DNA from: Anthoceros angustus
Lineage: Eukaryota > Plantae > Anthocerotophyta
Length of the DNA: 64,000 bases
Direction of reading: 5' to 3'
NCBI GenBank assembly: GCA_010909165.1
Contig: MU008170.1
Span: 1,690,772 to 1,754,771 of the forward strand
Shown here piece after piece: positions 26,051 to 39,775 of this stretch (positions are counted from its first letter, which is position 1; each line of letters opens with the position of its first letter). The notes below the pieces were generated by a model that saw only the letters and a list, made by a program, of their open reading frames with translations, was not told where the DNA came from and searched no databases. Both the position numbers and the translations under genes were made by a program.

Positions 26051-29000
26051 CTACAGTCCTTTTAGGATTGAAAGAACCTTTTCAGTCGCTCCGTCCTTCA
26101 AGAGGACACCCCTCTCCTTCAGAAGCGTGATCTGCTCCTCATACAACTCCTCCTCTGATCGCAATACCGCGAAAAGCACATTTTCTAGGGTGATGTTGGA
26201 ACAGATGGCAAATTCCTCCTTCATTCGCTGAAGCTTCTCAAGGTTCAATTCTTGCCAAACCTTTGCAGCCTTTGTACCTTGCAGGTGGGAATCCATATGG
26301 TTCACCAAAAGCATCTGCTTCGCAGCCGGGCACACTTTCTTCTTATCAATCGTTTGGCCAAGCTCATGGTCCTTTGCACGTCTCCTTGAACATCATGCCT
26401 GAAGCAAAAATCGGCACCGTTCAAACCGCCAGCCAAAAATCCTCGTCATGCGTTATTATTGATGGTCATCCACAATCGCAGTGACTTGTGTGACTGGAAA
26501 GTGGCAGTCACACCTGTAGACTTGCATACTTGCCGTATGTTCAGTTAGAGTGACCTTCTCGATTGTCTGTGCCAATTCACCTCCGCCACACTTGCTCAAC
26601 ATGGATTGCACAAGAGTGGACTTGCCCATTCTCCTCCCCAACCACAAGAATTACTTTATAGAACTTGCGAGTTTCTCATCGCCACAAATGTCATGTATCA
26701 CGGCTCGGTCCACAAACCGTAGGCGAGACTCTTGCTTCATCCCGTCTTTACTGCGAGGTTTGATGGAATCCGTGTTCCGGGAGCTTGAGGTACGATTTCC
26801 GTTAATGCTTCAAAACATCCGAGTGGTCCGCTTATAATCGTCCTCTCCGACTCAAATCGGCATCACTACTCTCTCATTCAGCACCAACCAGACTTGAGAA
26901 AGTCTTCATCATACTTTCCCGTTTACCTCGTCCTCTAGTATAATTTGTTTCGGTTCCATCGGCCTTTGTACCTTGCGGTGGGACGCTACTAAAGTCCGGG
27001 ATTGCTACCATTCCTCCACTAATCCCTTTATCGCCACTAGTGCATGCAATTAAGTTGAAAGCTGACACTAGCTACTCATTGCACTGCGACTCTTGCGGGT
27101 CTCGGTTTACGATCAAACACGGATGCTTGAATCGACCGATTTTCATCAATCCCTCCATCATTATGTTCAAATATGTCTTCTCTATTTCTACGAAGGAGCA
27201 TGTCGCCGGTGATAACGCCGGAGAGTCGAGACCTCATCCGCCTGCAAATGTCATGTATCACGGCTCGGTCCACAAACCGTAGGCGAGACTCTTGCTTCAT
27301 CCCGTCTTTACTGCGAGGTTTGATGGAATCCGTGTTCCGGAGCTTGAGGTACGATTTCCGTTAATGCTTTCAAAACATCCGAGTGGTCCGCTTATAATCG
27401 TCCTCTCCGACTCAAATCGGCATCACTACTCTCTCATTCAGCACCAACCAGACTTGAGAAAGTCTTCATCATACTTTCCCGTTTACCTCGTCCTCTAGTA
27501 TAATTTGTTTCGGTTCCATCGATTGCACCATGAGCGGTGGGACGCTACTAAAGTCGGGATTGCTACCATTCCTCCACTAATCCCTTTATCGCCACTAGTG
27601 CATGCAATTAAGTTGAAAGCTGACACTAGCTACTCATTGCACTGCGACTCTTGCGGGTCTCGGTTTACGATCAAACACGGATGCTTGAATCGACCGATTT
27701 TCATCAATCCCTCCATCATTATGTTCAAATATGTCTTCTCTATTTCTACGAAGGAGCATGTCGCCGGTGATAACGCCGGAGAGTCGAGACCTCATCCGCC
27801 TGCAAATGTCATGTATCACGGCTCGGTCCACAAACCGTAGGCGAGACTCTTGCTTCATCCCGTCTTTGCGAGGTTTGATGGAATCCGTGTTCCGGGAGCT
27901 TGGAGGTACGATTTGTTGCTTTCAAAACATCCGAGTGGTCCGCTTATAATCGTCCTCTCCGGAAATGCCGCGCTACTCATCTTCTCATTCAGCACCAACC
28001 AAGCGGCTTGAGAAAGTCTTCATCATACTTTCCGTTTACCTCGTCCTCTAGTATAATTTGTTTCGGTTCCATCGCACTGCCATGAGGCGGCGACGATTAC
28101 TAAAGCTAGGGATTGCTACCATTCCTCCCCATGCTAATCACGCTTTTCGCCACTAATTCCGCAATTAAGTTGAAAGCTACCACTAGCTAGCTACGAAATT
28201 GCACTGCGACTCTTGCGGGTCTCGGTTTACGATCAAACAGATGCTTGAATCGACCGATTTTCATCAATCCCTCCATCATTATGTTCAAATATGTCTTCTA
28301 TTTCTACGAAGGAGCATGTCGCCGGTGATAACTCGCGGAGAGTCGAGACCTGCCGCAAGTCATCCACGATGAGGGTTGCGGTGATTGTCGACACCTCCGC
28401 CAAACTTCGTGCAGAATTTGAAAGGGTATTTGTGTGCGTGAGGAAGGTTGTCTTTGCGGTGGGAGGTCTAAACTGTAGCAACAACCGGCTCCCATGGTCA
28501 CTGATGCAGTTGAAGCACGGTGCTCGAGGCGGGTGCAAAGGCGGTAATACGCTTCACCCACAAGGCTATCCTCATAATCTTCACCCAATGGTTTGAAGGT
28601 GTTCGGCCTTTGTTATGCCAAGCATGTAACGATCTCCAGTTGGATTGTCTTATGCGATAATCCTTTTCGTAGCGTCCATGCCTTCTATAATTTGAAAGGC
28701 ATAAATCACATGTAGCTTTGGTCGCATCTGCGATCCTTTTCACCTCTGCGTACCATTTCACAGGAGCGTCCTTAACCCTCGCCTCTCGAAACAAGAGCTC
28801 AGATGTTCTCCCGTCACACGGACACAATAATCTTCTTGATGCACCCGCAGTCGACAACCCAAGCATCTTAGGCGGTCCGAGTTCAACTAGAGGTGGATCA
28901 ACATGACCGGGATCGGGGGCCAACTACGGTTGGTTGCCGCTGGACCACTTGAGGATTTTCACCAAGTAGCCGCCATTTTGTGAGACTTTATGTGCGCTCT

Positions 29001-29965
29001 GTGATTTCGCCTGCGGCTCCTCCCGGCTCCGGGCCGATGCTATGGTAGAAATTATCGGACTTCTCCACGCCCATGGGAACATACCATGCGTTACCGTTGT
29101 GTGAAGTCTGCATCAAGCTTCCTCCAAGCGTGCAACTAGTTTGGTGATGTAGCTTGCGGCCTTGAACAACATCTCTTGGCGAAATCCTCGCCCACCCAAT
29201 CACAGGAGATCGGCGGCCCGTCCAGAGCAGTATTTCAAACTTTCCTTCACGTCACTGTAAAAGATCATCGAATTTCGGGGGCCTCACTTGATCGAGAATG
29301 GCCTTCTTCACTCACACCAGTCTTGTGGCATTGCGAACCGATCAGGCGGTTGTTGAAGACTCTGGGAGCAGGTCCCCTGTGTCACAATGTTGAAGAGCCT
29401 TTCCTCGATGCCATTCTTTCTCGGTAGTCCCTTGCGGCTCCGTCGCCAATGTGGGGAGCCCCAAACCCGATTGCGATAGCCCGAACTTGTCTAGTATCCG
29501 GTGTCCGGAGAAAAGTGGCCACCGTGTACTTGATAAGAACGGATCTTACGCGCCTCCCAAGCTGCGAACACCACTTTTGTGGGGCCAGTAGCGTGGGTGT
29601 TCGGACTCAAGAGGTCGTGGAGGAGCAAGCGGCAGCATCGGTAAGAGCCGAAGCCTCGATGGAAGAGGCCATCTACGGACCGTCCACGCACGAGCTCATT
29701 GTTGTTCGTCGCTCCGTCGCGCCCCACGGTGTCGATCGGGACGTCTGTGCGCTCTTGGTGCCCGGAAGCGGATGTAGAGTGTGCCATCCACATCACACAC
29801 CATCTTCGTACCCTCCTCGGCCGCCGTGGTGTGGGCGAACTCAGTGGTCCTGGGACCGGCACCTCACTTTGAAGTTGAGCTTGGTCATGGAAGTGAGCGG
29901 TGAGAAAGGCTCGCTCTCGACCCCAGCCAGTGGAAGCTTCACGCATTGCCCTCGGCCGTCGCCAT
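26051..29965 (-). pseudogene. Class-3 lipase / P-loop GTPase fusion gene, copy A (frameshifted, with internal triplication)
   Basis: GLFHRGF, AIGFGAP; the GHS elbow is partly deleted at ~29555-29570; GEEN.GKSTLV at ~26617-26640; LLVNHMD. Colinear with copy B. Confidence 0.7.
26690..28350. repeat. 558-bp tandem triplication inside lipase-GTPase copy A
   Basis: Identical ORFs offset by 558 (27076 vs 27634); the third copy is more divergent; single copy in unit 2. Confidence 0.9.
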
Positions 29966-30085
29966 GGGCCAACAATGTCCTTCACTCTGTCACCTCAAGC
30001 TGTTAGGAAAGAGGTGAGACTTTATAAAGAGATGAGACTTTCTGAGGAGGCAGGAACACTCCCATACACTACGAGTAGGGCTTGA

Positions 30086-31390
30086 TGTAGTCCTAGCCTT
30101 GAACCCCATCGATCAACACGCAAAACCACTTGCACACACCGCATCCCACGAATTGGTGGGCTTGGCCTTATATAGTCCTAGCCTTGGATCCTACTGGTCA
30201 CTTGACCTTGAATCCTATTGGTTACTTGACCTGGAGTCCTATTGGTTACTTGACCTTGAGTTCTAACGGTTACTTGACCTTGAGTCCTATTGGTCACTTG
30301 ACCTTGAATCCTCCTAGTAACTTCACTTGCCCTTTACTTTTGGACTTTCTAGAAGATACATTTTAGACTTTCTAAAGATTCTGTAGAAGATTCTGACTTT
30401 CAAGTTTGTTATTTTTAGTGACTGTGGACGGGGTTGTTAATTTTAGTGACTGTGGACCCCCGGGGTCCGTCGACTTGTGGACTTTCTACAAGATACTTTG
30501 TTGGACTTTTTAAAACGTACTTTGTAGAAGATGCGTGACTTTCAAGTTTGTTATTTTTAGTGATTGTGGACGGGGTGCATTGACTTTTGGACTTTCTAGA
30601 ACATACTTTTTTGGACCTTCTAAAAGATTCTTTGTAGAAGATGCGTGACTTTCAAGTTTGTTATTTTTAGTGATTGTGGACGAGGTCCATTGACTTTTGG
30701 ACTTTCTAGAACATACTTTTTGGACCTTCTAAAGATTCTTTGTAGAAGATGCGTGACTTTCAAGTTTGTTATTTTTAGAGCACTTTGACTTTCAAGTTTG
30801 TTATTTTTAGGGCACTCTTCATAACCTGTTTTAGAGCACTCTTCACAACCTATTTTTAGGCACTCTTCAAATGCTACAATCCAAATCGAAGGAGATCTTA
30901 TGTGAAATGAAGAAAAACAAATGGCAGTTGCTTTGAGCGCGCTCGCGTATGAACCGTGATTGTGGACGGGGTCCATCGATGGTGGTATGTACGTCCTTGG
31001 TAGGACCCTCTGCCTTCCGGGACCCTCTTCCTATCTTCTGCTTCATGTTGATGACAAGGGCTAATTTCTCTAAAGAATGCCTCTGTTTTGGAGGAGATTG
31101 AAGACCCTCCTTCCTCCTTGGCTTGGTTGCAGGAGAGTGTCGTGATTGGTGCTCTCGTTTTCCAGGGTTTGTGTGTGGATCCCACGCTCATGTGCTCGGA
31201 AAGCCGTGCCAGTCACTCGGACCCGCTCCTTGTGTACGAAATACATCCACGACTGGCATCTTCAGAGAATCGTTCAAACGGCACGTGAATTCAGTTGCAA
31301 CGAGTTTAGATTGGAAGCAAACTCTAAACTGATGAAAGAAATACATAGGGGCTTAACCGTGGGCTCCGAAATTGTTGATTTAAGGATGCT
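30086..31390. repeat. Repeat-rich non-coding, TE-like segment (24-bp x5 array plus ~100-bp units), unit 1
   Basis: (c/t)acttgaccttga(a/g)tcctattggt x5 at 30199-30318; recurring gactttcaagtttgttatttttagtga.tgtggacg. TGTAG (30086)..CTACA (30878) looks LTR-like, but I found no TSD, PBS or PPT. Confidence 0.6.
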
Positions 31391-32253
31391 GTGAGGGCCT
31401 TGTTATCGAAGCTGAGCAATGGACAATTCTACTCCACTTGAGGCCAAATACATTCAGACCCCAAAGAAAGGCAAAACGCAGACAACCACAATCATGTTCA
31501 CACTGTCGTCATATCAGAGCATCCGGGACAAGTGTAAGAAGTGATCCGGAAGAAGTGACCAGTTCCAGACAGAACCTATGGGAGTCTGGGAACGTCAGAA
31601 TGTGACCTGAAATAGCTCGTCTTCCAAATGGCATGGAATGCTGTCAAGAACGTTCTTCTCTGCAGTTTAAAATTCCCTGCTGCGACGTAGTTGTGGAAAT
31701 TTGTGGAAACTCACGCCTTCGAGAACCTGGATGTGACAAGTTAGTTGGCGAGCATCCTGGAAAGATTGAAATAGAGAAGGAAATTACTTATGGACGAAGG
31801 GAAGTTCATGTGCAAATGAAGCAGTGAGCGCAAAACGAGACCCACCTGGATGAGTGCGGGAACAGGGGCAGCAGTTTCAGGCCCCTGCAGGACATTCATT
31901 TCACATCCAGTTCATGCACCCTTTCCAGTCCTCTGCTGACATCAACCGCTTGGTCCCTGGAAACCATCTCTGCATGGAAAGGGAAAATGTGACTGTCAAC
32001 TCTTCTCGTGTCGTTCTTCGTAAATCAAGTAGCCATGCACCATCATCGCCATACTGGTCCTTCACGTGCCTTGTTGAGCTTTAGAGAGGGCAAGTGCTAC
32101 AGGTGTACAGTTGTATCCTCGCGCTCGACATCTAGGATCGATGAATGCCTTGTATCAGATGGAATACGAAGATTTCTTTCCTTGAATATCGCGTCGTATT
32201 TTACGAGGGAGTGAAGGTTGTGTTCTCAACCGCACCTTTGTAACATGCTATGG

Positions 32254-33583
32254 TCTCAACGTTGTCTGTAGCATGCCAAAGATTACTTAATGCTGGTAGG
32301 GCCACATCAAGGGAAAACGATATCCCCAGGTATGCAAAGCATTGACTAAAGAAGCTCTTACCTCAGACGGGAAACTTTTAGCAAAAGACACAGAAACCAT
32401 TCCGTGCTGATCAGCGAGGTGTCAAAGCCAATATGATCAAAATGGGCTGCCAGCCTGTGAAAGCCACCAAGACTTCTGTGAGACACGAACTTGGAGGTGC
32501 TAACTCTAAGGTCGCGTACAAACATGTGGAGTTAGACGACGCACCGTGGACATTTTTTCACAAAAACTTCGTTGAAGACACGCTGCTGGACGTGACACCC
32601 TGTCAGGTTCTCCGGTAACAATCACTGAACAGAACACTTTCCAGCAATGCGGCGAGCATCCAGAAGGCCTGTTCCTCGGTTTTCATCACAAGGAGCAACA
32701 GTGCTGCCACATAGTTCATTCCCTGAATAGAGTAAGCAGGCTCGGCGTTATATTCCATCCATTCCCCCAAAACCTTAACAGGACCTCGGATTCGCACGAG
32801 TTAAAGCTTTTGATACACAGGAAAGGCACTACTACCTGGCAATAACCAATATCAGAATCTCGAAATGAGTAGGCAACGAGGACCCGACGCAATGTAGCCC
32901 TTCCTTCCTCGCTGTTCACCCAAGGATGAGATAGAAATGTCCTGGATAGATCCTACAGGACGTCACACCCGGTAAGATGTTGCCTTGCCTCAGGAGGCCT
33001 TCAAGTTAAGCAAGTTGGCAGATGGGGCCACCACGTCTACAGACATCTCCTGCTTTGGAACGAGCTCAAATGGGAAACTTACCCGGTCAATCTGGTGTGT
33101 CGCAGGGGTTTGCCTATCAACCACAGCTTCAGTGAGGTCCTGGTAGTAACTATCGGGCACTGTGGATCGCTTCTTGGCAGCCCCAGACAAAGCCTGCCAA
33201 ACTCGAGGTCTCAGAGACGGAGGGATGCCTTTCCAAATCAGCTTCTTCAGCTGGACAGACCTTGTTAGGTTGGATATGGAGAGATGACACAAGGTTGCCC
33301 TGCTCAGAATGAGCCGAAATTTCCGGCTGCAGATACCATCCTGCACCCTTGTTTGCCTCCATAGCCCACCACACCCGACCCTGCTCGGCAACCCTCTCCT
33401 TCACGAGATTGAAAACCACAGCATCTTCAGCTGACAGCTCGAGACAGAATCCATACATATCTACAACTTTAACGGTGATGTTCTTCCGTGTGTGAGTCAA
33501 TCCTCTGCTCTCCACTCAGGTTTCCCAGGATAACCTCGAACCAGGGCATCCTGAGAACCTCCCAAACGCTCAAAGCCGAACAT
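32254..33583 (-). pseudogene. 3'-truncated TBC Rab-GAP copy B
   Basis: Near-identical to copy A from MFG (33583). It has a 2-nt GA deletion at ~33280, a premature stop (TTLRP*) at the junction, and lacks the last two exons. Confidence 0.88.
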
Positions 33584-35177
33584 ATTCGTGGCTGTTCCAC
33601 GGGATGACGCTAGGGTTGCTGTAGGACTTCCCCAAATAAATTTAGCCGCTCTTGGCTCTTCCGAATCCTCCCACCAGCGGCTCGCGTGCACGTTTTGAGA
33701 CTCGCATGTCGTCTGAAGAACCCCAACTGTCTGTCTGCGCTCAGTAGACCTCGGTTACACTCCTGCTCCGATTCTCATATGTTAGATAAATATTTCGGTT
33801 ACACTCCTGGTCTGATTCGCTGCTAGTATGATCCTCATGTGCTGGACATATTTCAGTCACATTGCACGCTTCATCCCGCACTCATGCAGCTTTCAAATGA
33901 CCAAGCCTCGGCAGCAAAACCACCTGACAAACATACCACAAAATCCATCAAAGAGCCGTTCCCATCCACTATCCTCACCACTACAGCAATCCTGGAAAGG
34001 CAGAACTGGCAAATCACTTCACCAAGCCAGAATGCCAGCGATTCCCCTCCTGAACGGGACGAGAGGTTGCAAATGAGTCGAACCGCAAACGTACGGGTTG
34101 CCAAATTCCGACCACAGCTCGGAAGGCTGATTTCCGGCACTCTTGCGCATCAATGATCAACAGACCTAAAGGCACTCGAAAACACTCTAACCACGAATCA
34201 CAGCAAGCGCAATGTCTGCTACGCCGCAGAGCAAGCGCTCCCGTTCGGCATCACACAACCCCAGCAGAACACATGATGCGCCAGTTCAAATTCCGAACGA
34301 AGTAAGCCAGAAAGAAAACACGGAAACCGTACAATGCCATTCGAAAAACATGCAGCCACTCCAAAAACAGGACAGCAAGCTTGAGTCACAGCTACCGGCA
34401 AGCACAATCCACTTCAACAAAACTCACCAGGCACAGATCGGGCACAGCGCATCCGTCCTCAAGCACACGGTCACCCCCCCGCTCCTGGAAATCGCAGCTA
34501 GCCCTGACCGAGATCCGCTCCCACGGCTCCAACGGTCTCCGTCTTCACCAAACCGGCAGCAGCGCAGGAAACAGGAACAAGCAGCGCAGCGGGGGCAACA
34601 GAACCCGGCGTCTGAGAGCGGAAGCTGGCGGAAGGGCCGGGCATAACCGACAAACAAAGCAAAGCGCCACCGATCCACGGCCCAGCCAGCCACCTTGCGG
34701 GAGCGCGCATCAAGCCCGAGGCTCAAAATCGCAGATTTTCCCCGCCCGCTGCACAAGCAAAAGCAGCAGGCGGCATTGCACCAACCAGCTGCGGGCGCGT
34801 GGGGTTTGCGACAGAGGAGGAGGCGGAGAAGCAACAGCAGAAGCAGCAGTCGTAGCAGATGTGAAGACATAGAGCATGTGGAGGCGCTAACAGAGATGTG
34901 GGGCATGTGGAGGCGCTAACAGAGATGTGGGGCGTTGCCTTCGCACAAGCTGTTACGGCCCGACGACCACGTGCCAGAATAACTTGGCACTTAGCCTTGC
35001 CAACTGGAACGAGGCTACCTGGAAGAAGAAGTCGCACGACCGTCGGCGCCGCGTTAGAGAATCCCACTGGGGAGTGTGTCACCGGCTGCCTCAGCCCACA
35101 GCGAAATAGAAAAAAAGGCCGCAAGTCTCCCGGTCGTGAGGGAAATGGCCCAGTGTACACAAGGGGAATGTGGAGAC

Positions 35178-35990
35178 TTTATAAAAGGAACGAGATGGGA
35201 AATCCCATGTACCCGGAGGCGAAAAAAAGGGACAACCACGACGGGGCACCAGGTTAGGGGCGTGCCCCGCACTAATCTACCCTATAACCCCCAATCGTCC
35301 CCAAGATGTTGCCGTTCGAGATAGGGAAGGGCCTACTTATCATTGGTGCCACATCTCTAGCACTCGTGATCATCCTAAAGATTGCGCTGGCCAACACCCT
35401 TTGTAGGGAATGGAAACCCGTTGCCTGAAATATGCCACAACACTGGAAAGGGGGAGGCCAACCCCGCCCCTATCGTTGTGGTAGGCCCTTGCGCACTCCT
35501 TGATAAAACGAGAAAAAACCTTACCTAAGGCCCCATGGGTTTCAATGGCAAGGGGGATGAAAATGCGACCTTGTTGCATGGGCCTGTACTTGTAAATTTT
35601 CCTAGTTGCCCTTGGCCAACACGGAGGTTGATGATGACATGTCGCTTCGGAATTGGTTGGGTCGGTGACAACCACGTGCGCAACATCATCCCAGCGCCAA
35701 GAAAAAGGTCGCTTTGATAGAGGCCATTGAGCGGAGAGACGCCATTGAGCGAGCTTTGATAGACGCCATTGAGCTTTGATAGAGGCGCCATTGAGCAGCT
35801 TTGATAGAGCGCATTGACGCGCTCCTTGAAAGGGAAGAAACCGCTCTCCTTGGCCATCGAGGACATGGCGTCTTGAGCAGGCGTAGGATACCGCGAAACT
35901 TCATCGCGGTGAAAAGAAGTGATGCGATTGAATGCCGGGCAGGCGGCCAGACCTAGGAACACACACCCTTCCTAAGCAAGGCGGCGAGAT
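35178..35990 (-). mobile_element. CRE-like non-LTR fragment, unit 2
   Basis: VVTDP..KIYKYRPMQQGRIFIPLAIETHGALG (ORF 35370-35675); homologous to 21846-22750. Confidence 0.75.
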
Positions 35991-36961
35991 CCGTAGGACG
36001 AGGAATAGACACGAGGTAGGTGGTAACACCAGGAAAGGCTTATATAAGAAGCTCCATATACAGTGAATTTTCTATTTAGTCACGTAGGTAACACCAGGAA
36101 AGGCTTATATAAGAAGCTACATATACAGTGAATTTTCTATTTAGTCACGTAGTCGGTCCCCTAACATTTTGTGATTCTTACAATACATCATCACAATCAA
36201 TGCAATTAAAAATATTTTTTTTTCTCTCACGACTTAAAAAAAATAAAGATTAATAGGTTTTTAGTTACTCAACCAACCAGAGGCTGTCAAATGCTCATCA
36301 CCCAAATCTCCTCCTACAAGACTTTTATTTTCAACAGTTTATCATTCAAGGTTACCGAACACCCCCAGTGCACTATCCGTAATAGGGAGCAAGTATATGT
36401 TTTTTCCACTACTCGCTGGTTAGAAGGGTGTGGCACAAAGTGGAAAAGTGGAGGGGACGCAGACGCAAGGTGTGGAGAAGTTGATGGCGGCCGGTCTGGG
36501 CTGGGCCCATGCCAAATGTCTTAAGATTCAAGCGATGCACAAGGTCTTTACTACTAGTTCAAGTTTTTGATCACGAGATAAAGGATAAGGGGTAAGTCAA
36601 GATGAGGACATATTTAGATTACAGAGGTTCACAAAAAGGGTTGAAAACGCTAGAAGGAACCCTTTAAAATGAAAAAAAAATAAAAAAATATGTAGAGAGA
36701 ACAAAAAATGCCAAAACTCAAGGGCAAGTGCACGCACTTATATCCTAAAACTAAATTTTTTTGGGTTTGTTTCATTGTTTTTTGATTTTTTGTTCATTTT
36801 TTTGGGAATGAACCGTTTGGGAATGCACTAGGAAGCATGAACCGTATGGGTTCATGCCTCTAGGGTGTTCTTGACCCCAGGTGCTCACACAAGTGCGTAT
36901 TCTTAAAGTCTACATTTTGCTGTAATCCCATTGTAATGCACTATAGTGAACTTTCTATAAA

Positions 36962-38506
36962 CAGTCGGCCCCCCCTAATTGGAAACTCTATAAATGGGAT
37001 TCCTCTGTAAATGGGACCTCCCATCCTACTTTCTTTAGTTTACAATGTAATAAATTGGACTTTTCCCTAAATGGTAATTGGGACCTTTTGAAACATACAT
37101 TCATGTTAGTTTCACCTCTCTAAATGGGACTTCTAATTTTTTACTAAAAAAAAATAAAAAAGAAAGAAAAAAGAATCGATTATTTCAGAGCACAATAGAC
37201 TTTTAGGTGTGATTGAAGACTCTTAAGCTAAGCTTTTTCCTTTATGATAGGTAGAGGGTTTTTGATGTTGCTTAGAGAGAGTGCTAGCTTTCAAACAACT
37301 ATACCGTACCCAAAGGGGTGGTTCAACAGGGTAATGCCGAAATAATTATTTTTTGAAAACTATAAGGTTCAACATACATATTAATATTTTTTAAAATTTC
37401 AACATTTATAAAAAATAATCTTATAAAATTTCAACATTTATTAAAATACATAGGTATCTATATACAACTAATAGATGTGTGTAGACCTCCCCTAAACAAG
37501 CCCTAATCTTCCGACTCCACTCCAGCTGAGGTTGTAGCCTCAACAAGAGAGCCAAGGACCTGGTTCCAAGATCACCGCCTTGCGCAGCCCATGTGCGCAT
37601 CTGCGGGCTCGCGAGCCTCGCGAGCCTCACGATTGCGGAAGAAAGCCGGCCGCAGCTCATGAGCCTCACGAGGGCCGTGACCGCAGCTCGCGAGCCTCAC
37701 GATAGATTGCTCGCGAGCCTCACGAGGCCGCCAGATCTCGCAGCTCGCGAGCCTCACGAGGCCGCCATCCGCATCTTGGTTGGGCAGCTCGCGAGCCTCA
37801 CGAGCCGCCGATCCGCAGCTCGCAGGTTGCCGCATCGCAGCTCGCGAGCCTCACGAGGCTGCGCATCTGCGGGCTCGCGAGCCTCACGAGGCCGCTGCAT
37901 GAGCTCGCGAGCCTCACAGGCCGCAGACCGCAGCTCGCGAGCCTCACGAGGCCGCCGTGACTGTGCTCGCGAGCCTCACGAGGCTGCGCATCTGCGGGCT
38001 CATGAGCCTCACGAGGCCGGCCAGACCGCAGCTCGCAGGTGCTACATCCGCAGCTCATGAGCCTCGCGAGCCTCGCGAGGTTCTTTGCATCTGGGGCTCG
38101 CGAGCCTCGCGAGCCTCGCGAGGTCAGAGCTCACCCTTGGTCCAGCAAGGCGAGCAAGGCAGCTCACGGCCAAGCAAGACCGCGAGGCTGTGCAGCCTCA
38201 CCGCGCATGAGGTTGCTCCTTTCTCTGTTTCGGCATTTTAGACTCTTAAATATTTACACATATCGATTTTAAGCATAATAGCTTTTAGATTTTCAACTTT
38301 ATTAATTCTAATTAATTAACCCCAATCACCCATAGAGAAGTGGTAAAAGTTATTTTTGGTTAAATCTATCAATCAAAATTTAAAAATTTCTTTTTTGGTT
38401 ATTTTTAAGTTTTTAATATTTTTAAAATTTAAATATTAAAAACACCTCCCCTAATGGGACTTCTAAAGCCACTCCGAACCCCCCAATTAGGGGAGGGGGT
38501 GGATTG
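36962..38506. mobile_element. Non-autonomous TIR DNA transposon (Tc1/mariner/pogo-like MITE), inserted only in unit 2
   Basis: Absent at the orthologous site of unit 1 (..tatacata|ctcatg). Imperfect TIRs cagtcggccccccctaattgg / ccaattaggg..ggattg; right flank TA; subterminal aatggga(c/t) motifs. Confidence 0.75.
37590..38210. repeat. GC-rich minisatellite of palindromic GCTCGCGAGC / CCTCACGAGG motifs inside the MITE
   Basis: About 20 copies of gctcgcgagcctc(a/g)cgag with variable linkers. Confidence 0.9.
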
Positions 38507-39775
38507 TACTCATGTTTGATCGAGGCTAGGCTAGGCGCTAGGCGCGAAGCACGGTCACATTCATTCGTAAGTGTACCCTAAACCCCCAAGGAGTAAGGAG
38601 GTCCAAATATCCGCACTTGTGCGCGCAAGGGGTCCATGCAAAGATGGCACTTGCTCAATGGAGGGGCCCAAGCCACGGGGACTAGCTCTCGTTACCTGGA
38701 AGCTATCTATCACTCCCAACCTTAGGATTCTTTACCCTGGAGCTATTTTTAAGCTATTTAAGATGTCAGTAATCTAGACTAAGGAAGGGTATGCTTGCCA
38801 CTAGACCTGAAGATGCTGCGCCTGCCTCACTCGAAGTCCTCTTGATAATTAATCCCTTTGCAGGTTGCCGAAGGAAAGCCACCACAGAACACGATTGCCG
38901 GAAGAAAGCCACCACCAAACGCAAGGTGACAAAAAATACAATGTTTCCGTGTGCTTAATTCTTTATCATATATTAAATTATATATATTATGATTTATGTA
39001 TACAAAGCGATTCAAGATCTCCTCCATATGGGGGTGTGTGTGGAGACGGCAAACGGAATAAACTTAGCGTGTCTTCGGACTCGGTGAAGAGAAATCGAAA
39101 CCCGTTTTGAGTGGATGTGATGCCCAATCATATTTATCTTGTTCTTATTCTTCGCTTTAACAATTAATCATAACAAAAATACAAATAATATATCCTTGTT
39201 GAATTGAGCCAAGAAAGGCCACGCAAGGAGAGCATGCAGTTCCAGCCATGCAACTACTAAGATACATAATGCCCCGGAAAAACCAAATGAAAGTAGGGTT
39301 CCGCCAACTTCTGATTGCAATGTACAAGCGCGGTGGCCTATGCTACTTGCTCATGCATCACAATCTGCACTGTGGAACTGTTCCGAGCCATTCACATTCA
39401 TAAACACACCATCCAAATGTGATAAACAATGCAACAAACTACAGCCACACAAATACCAGGAACCGGGCCAGAACTTCTTGCCGAAGGAGAAGTGGCAAAC
39501 CTGAATTGCAACCAGGAAATCATCTGCGAATCCAGGAGGGAAGAAGACATCTGGAAGCTTCTTGGTTTTTCCAGCACACATCCATCACAAGATGCAGGTT
39601 TGCTTCAAAGAATCATCCAAGTAAGCAAACGAATCATCGACATCCCCATCATTTCACACTCAATCGCACATCCTACCTGCACCGCACCACACTCACTCAC
39701 TATGCAACCGACGTCACCGCCTAGCATCAAGACTCCATTCCAATCCCCTTCTCGAAATAGTATTTTGCAATCTCT

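Noticed and set aside
30086-30878. Solo LTR call (TGTAG..CTACA)
   Set aside because: Flanks (cttga / atcca) are not a TSD, there is no PBS or PPT, and the internal motif continues past the putative end; kept only as a generic repeat.
37572-38272. Ala/Arg/Ser-rich ORFs on both strands
   Set aside because: By-products of the palindromic minisatellite, which lacks stop codons.
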